Origin: Podarcis vaucheri
Taxonomy: Eukaryota
Direction: 5' to 3' (one strand)
Length of the DNA: 64,000 nucleotides
Assembly: GCA_965113315.1 (NCBI GenBank)
Contig: OZ220369.1
The first letter of the stretch is position 1. Each line of letters opens with the position of its first letter. The position numbers and the translations under genes are program-made. The notes under the pieces were generated by a model. It did not search any database and was not told the DNA's origin. It saw only the letters and a list, made by a program, of their open reading frames with translations. Of this stretch, positions 59,401-64,000 are shown in pieces.

Positions 59401-61345
59401 AAAAAATATTAACTTACAAACATTACCACAAATGGCATCTCTATTCACATACAAATGTAATACAAAAAACCCCTTTTCACTCTGCTTATTTCAACTTCTG
59501 CCCATTTATTACTCCTTTAGGATACAATCCCCAGGAACATTTCTCCTTTGCAGTTCTCTTACACAAGAGAACTTCCCAGGGGATTTATTGTTTTTCTTAT
59601 CCCTTTAGGACTTGAAGTTGCATCTTTTCACTTGCCAAAATCAAAAGGTCATGTTTTTCACCCTGTAAAGGTGACCTGCAGCCACCCCCAGGTACCGCAC
59701 TTCTTGGAATTGCAGTGCTTGAGGAAAAGATTACTAGAATGAATTACGGAATTTAACAGATGTTTCTTTTAGAATTTGCTGGCTACTGTAAAAACACTAA
59801 ATGTGAAATATAAATTTAGTTAAGATGTGAGCTAGACTGTCCATTCCGGATAACAGTGCAATTCAGAAAACAAGGTGATAAGTTTCGCCCATATGAACAA
59901 CTTTCAAGGTTTGAGTTTTTTTTATCATTATTAACGTTTTGATCTGGCAAGTCCTATTATTTCAGGGCTGCAGAAAGCTGCTTTTAGTATCTATCATTTC
60001 ATTGGGATTCTTTTGGGCTGGAATGAAAACAGTCTAAACAGAGATAAATAGTAGGTGAGTGCAATAGTAAAAAACTCATTTAAATAGGCAATAGGTTAAC
60101 TTCAAATAAGCTTTTCTTAAATTAGTTTTAAAAGGAGGATATGATAGGAAAGAAATGCAAGACACGCAAGGCAGACAGGAATAAAGAGGCCCTGCTGCCT
60201 CCACCGCTACCCCTTGGTGGTTCTCTTCCCAGCCCACCAAAATCCACACAATTTCCTTCATTTGGCCTCCACAGCTTCTCCCAAGCTGGGAAGAGAATGG
60301 AATTTAAAAATGTTCAGATTAGACCCATCAGTTTAAGCTCAAGCAGGTAGCAAAGGTGTACAAAACTGGTCCACCATTTTGAGTTACACCTTCATCACAA
60401 GCCCACGTATCAGAAAGTGGTTCTACACAACTAGGCTGAATGGGGTGCAAAGGTGCAAAGTATTACACAAAGACACCTAAGGCTGATGAGAGCTTCACAA
60501 CACACCTGCCCTGCAAACTTAACCCAGTTTTCTAAAATAAATATATATACAATTAATGGCTTTGGTCAAGGAACCTTGGGAAGCACAGAAGTGCCTGTTT
60601 TCCAACAGGACTTGGGATCTAACTGTATTTGTTTGCGATCATATGAGAGGGTGAGCAGAAGGACCATGATATAGTTAACTCAGCTTACGATTCATAGCAT
60701 AGACACTCCTTTAGATGCAATGGTGAGGAAGGGGTGGGGAGAGGAAGAGCAATGGAAATAGATGCCCTAGTTGCAAGACTTGTTCATCACTAGCATGCCA
60801 GTTGTTTGTTTCTCTATGTAAGAGTTGCATTTGGCCTCTTTCAGAGGAAACAAGTCCTCATTTGGGTTTGGGTGATGTACATTTAAAACACCTACCAGGA
60901 TGTTACTTAGTCCCCTTCTGAAGCCATCCCTAGAGTCAAATGCTTACCAAGAAAATCAACAGATGAACATCCAGCGAGGATAATACAGCATGCCAAGAAT
61001 CACGGAAAGGGTGGCAGAGAGAAGAGGGGGGTTTCCAGACCCTACCAGAGTTCTAATTTTCTACCCATCAAGAGAAAATTCAAATGAAGCTCTAAACGAT
61101 GACATATTTTTTGGGGGGGAGAAGTCATTTTTTGTACCCATTAGGCCACTCCAGCATTTCTTTTTCCCTTGCCCAAGAAGGAGATACCCTGTGTCTTGTC
61201 TAGAAGACTGGCATAGAAGTTCAACGCTTGCAAGTCACTCTCACAGGATAACAAAGGAGAAATATTCTTTGGGTGGATCCACTTGCTTTTGCTCCCCTGT
61301 TCCGGTCCAAGTTGAGTCCTGGCTTGGGTCACCTTGTCCCACTGC

Positions 61346-61385
61346 CTAGTAAGGCATGTACCAAGGAGAAAGTCTTCCACGGCCC
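61346..61385 (-). CDS. PABPN1L: PABPN1L last coding exon
   Basis: ttcttttccag|(R)GRGRLSPWYMPY-TAG; PABPN1-family W(F/Y)xPY C-terminus; phase matches the preceding exon. Confidence 0.9.
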
Positions 61386-63413
61386 CTGGAAAAGAACACA
61401 CACACATTGGCCATGGCAAAAGTTAGCCCAGGTGTTTCACCACCCCATCCCTGGCCTAGGCATCATTTACTCAAAGGGATAAAATAAAATATTGAATTAT
61501 TAAATTGAAGAGTCGCTTTGCCTAATTTCATGCTGGTGCCAATGAAAGAAACAATGGGGGGCAAGTGCAGAGAAAGTGGGGGAAGGGGGATAGTTGCCCT
61601 GCCCACGGCAGTCCCTTATAGTAGGTATGGGGAGCATTCTTCAGCCGGAAGGCCACACTCATGGGCAACTTCCCGGGGGCCGCATACAAGGATGGGCAGG
61701 GCCAGATTAACAGTGGGTGGAGCAATGGATGTGACTCTTACCTTAACACCAGTGTAGGCTACATTCTAGCCATGCTAGTACCAGAGATTTCTACCTGCAC
61801 AAACACCCCTGTCTCCATCTTTGAAGCTAGAGGCGTCGTCACAGGTAAGCATTCAAAGATGGGAGAGCAAGGCGAGGGGTGTGGCCAGAGGAGAATCCCA
61901 AGGGCCATATAAAGAGTCTTGGGAGTGCTGCATTGGGCCTCTGGGGCTGAGGTTCCCCACCTCTGCCCCATAGATTGCCCCCGAATGAATGCAGCCCTTA
62001 ACAGAACCCTTGCCTATGATCTATTTTGCTCTTCCACAATCCACCCAACCCTTTGTTGCAGAACTGTAGGCCTCCCTTATATGAACTTCCATTTCCCAAC
62101 ACCCCAAACTCCAGGATGCTGTCCCCAAAAAACAGGATCCTGCAGAAATGCATACAAAATGGAGTGGAAGAGGTTGGGAGAAGCAAAGGGAACTGGGAGG
62201 AGAAAAGGAATTTCTTGAGACTCTATAAGCCAATCTAGATGAATAAATGCATCAACTCTAAGGGTGTTCTGCCTTTCCTGCATATAAGCCACTTGCTCAT
62301 TAGCTACAAGAGCCATCTATCACTGATAGAACTGATTCCCAGTGGCCTTGTCAAACTGCATTCAGGGCCGTGGTCAGCTGGAGTTATGCACAAAGCTGTG
62401 TATATTCTATGCTGTGTGATCTCGGTGTACAAGTATGGTATTGTTTTACCGCTGAAAACCACACATAGCAAATTTCTAGCCCTTAATCTTAATAATGAAG
62501 CACACTGGGTGGCTTTTGGACAGTCACTGCGAGGTTGCTGAGAGGATAAAATGGGGAATTGGAAAACCATGTGCACCAGCTTGAGCTTGGAGGGAAAAGA
62601 TTCCATATAAATGAAATGAATAAAAAATAAAATACCGGTAAATGATCTTTTGCCTTTGCTATTTTTTCATATGTTTAGTGCTTTTTTTACTTACAGTAGT
62701 AGTTGGTCTTTTAATGGTTAGGCACATTGGTTTCAGTTTGCTAAAGAAAATAGGGATCTAAATTATTAACATAAACCCTTAGTTATCACCGTTAGTCCAG
62801 ACTCTCAACAGCAGCAGAGAGGATTGACAGTGGTGTATAGAGACGGCCCTAAACACAGATCCCTGTACTCAGACCAGCTTTTAGATCCTGCAAAAGACAG
62901 AAAAGTAGTTTTTCGGCTCATCTAGGGCAAAGGTGTCAAACCCCCACTCCCGAAACAACTTGGGGATGCTGAAAGTACACGCCAAGCCAGAGCAGCGCAA
63001 GTGACACACTTGCTCCCAGGGGCACTCCATGCCAGCTGCTCTTTCTGGGATACCGAGCTGACGGGTTGCTCATCTCTGTTCCTTCTGATATGGAAAAGAG
63101 AACTGCTGCCCATGGGCACCACTAAGGTGTCCAACTCCTTGTCTGCGTGCAGCTTACAGGCCCTGCTGGCCGCGCAGATGCACAGGTGACGCTGAGCCAG
63201 CCTGACAGCAGCAGCACCCAGGAGCCAATGTGCTTCTAGTGGCAGAATGTGCTAGCATCTTATACTGTCCCCCAGAAAGACGGTATATAGCAGGAAGAGG
63301 TCCTCCGTTCTCCTTCAGTTCCTAGCCTCAGACATCCAGGGCTGGATGCAACTAAGTTGTTGCGCTAGCAGAAACCAGCAGAATGAGTCCTGAAAGCGCT
63401 ATGGGACTCTTTT

Positions 63414-63414
<1 letters not shown>

Positions 63415-63445
<31 letters not shown>
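63415..63445. repeat. (CA)n microsatellite
   Basis: Direct reading. Confidence 0.95.
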
Positions 63446-63447
<2 letters not shown>

Positions 63448-63601
63448 GCTCAGGAAAACCCTCTGGACAGCATTGGGGTGTGGGAAGAGAGTAGGAAAGA
63501 GTATTCCACCTGGCAAACAGAAATGCTTGTATTGATGGAATGATAGCCTTACTGTGATGTTGGACAGTTCACTGGCAAGCACTCTTCTCCTGTCCACTCA
63601 C

Positions 63602-63747
63602 CTGTGCACCCTTCCACGTGTCCTTAGACGCTGCCCTCCACAGAAACTGGAGCGGCGAGGCAGAGCTCCCCGGCCATGGAAAGCACCCCGGGAACCACCC
63701 CGGTCCGTGGAGCTGATGCCTGGCATGTTGGTCCTCTTGGGCAACAC
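63602..63747 (-). CDS. PABPN1L: PABPN1-like (embryonic poly(A)-binding protein 2), penultimate coding exon; upstream exons lie beyond the window end
   Basis: tgcttcag|VLPKRTNMPGISSTDRGGSRGAFHGRGALPRRSSFCGGQRLRTRGRVH(R)|gtgagt. PKRTNxPGISxTDR is the PABPN1-family post-RRM signature, and synteny with TRAPPC2L fits. Confidence 0.92.
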
Positions 63748-64000
63748 CTGAAGCAAAGCAAAGACAACATGGTGCCACAAAATTAGCGCACATCACTTAC
63801 AGCAGAGATGGGGAGCCTGCCCCCCGCTCCAGGTGTTGTTTCACTACACCGCCCGTCAGCCCTGACTGAGCCTTGTCCATGCTGGCTGGGCCTGATGGAA
63901 GGATCGAGCCCAACATCTGTAGAGGGTGCAAGTTTCCACATCCCTGGCTTTCCATCTTGGACTGGGATGTGAACACATGATGGAAGGCACCTTGAAATTT

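Overview
Vertebrate genomic DNA, most likely from a lacertid lizard (full-length Sauria SINE, Squam-type SINEs, lizard-type TA-flanked MITEs). It carries the GALNS-TRAPPC2L-PABPN1L block known from human 16q24.3. I reconstructed by hand a complete 14-exon GALNS on the minus strand (CDS 54164->4159, 1557 nt, 518 aa, all introns GT-AG) and a complete TRAPPC2L with 5 coding exons on the plus strand (54721-58361, 139 aa). The two genes are head-to-head across a 556-bp shared CpG-rich promoter. The last two coding exons of PABPN1L lie on the minus strand and converge on TRAPPC2L. Most entries in the ORF track are chance intronic ORFs. I found no new protein-coding system. The most notable non-obvious features are: (1) a probable U12 (minor spliceosome) intron in TRAPPC2L; (2) GALNS exon 10, bracketed by an identical 12-mer, so that exon 9-10 ligation rebuilds a consensus 5' splice site (recursive-splicing candidate); (3) a 1.1-kb CpG-rich TA-flanked transposon built from tandem arrays of hairpin units; (4) a degenerate non-BovB RTE LINE fossil; (5) an L1 fragment inside a 50-bp direct repeat; (6) a CPE overlapping the PABPN1L poly(A) hexamer; (7) TE-free, enhancer-like blocks in the large GALNS introns. 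There is one 185-bp assembly gap.
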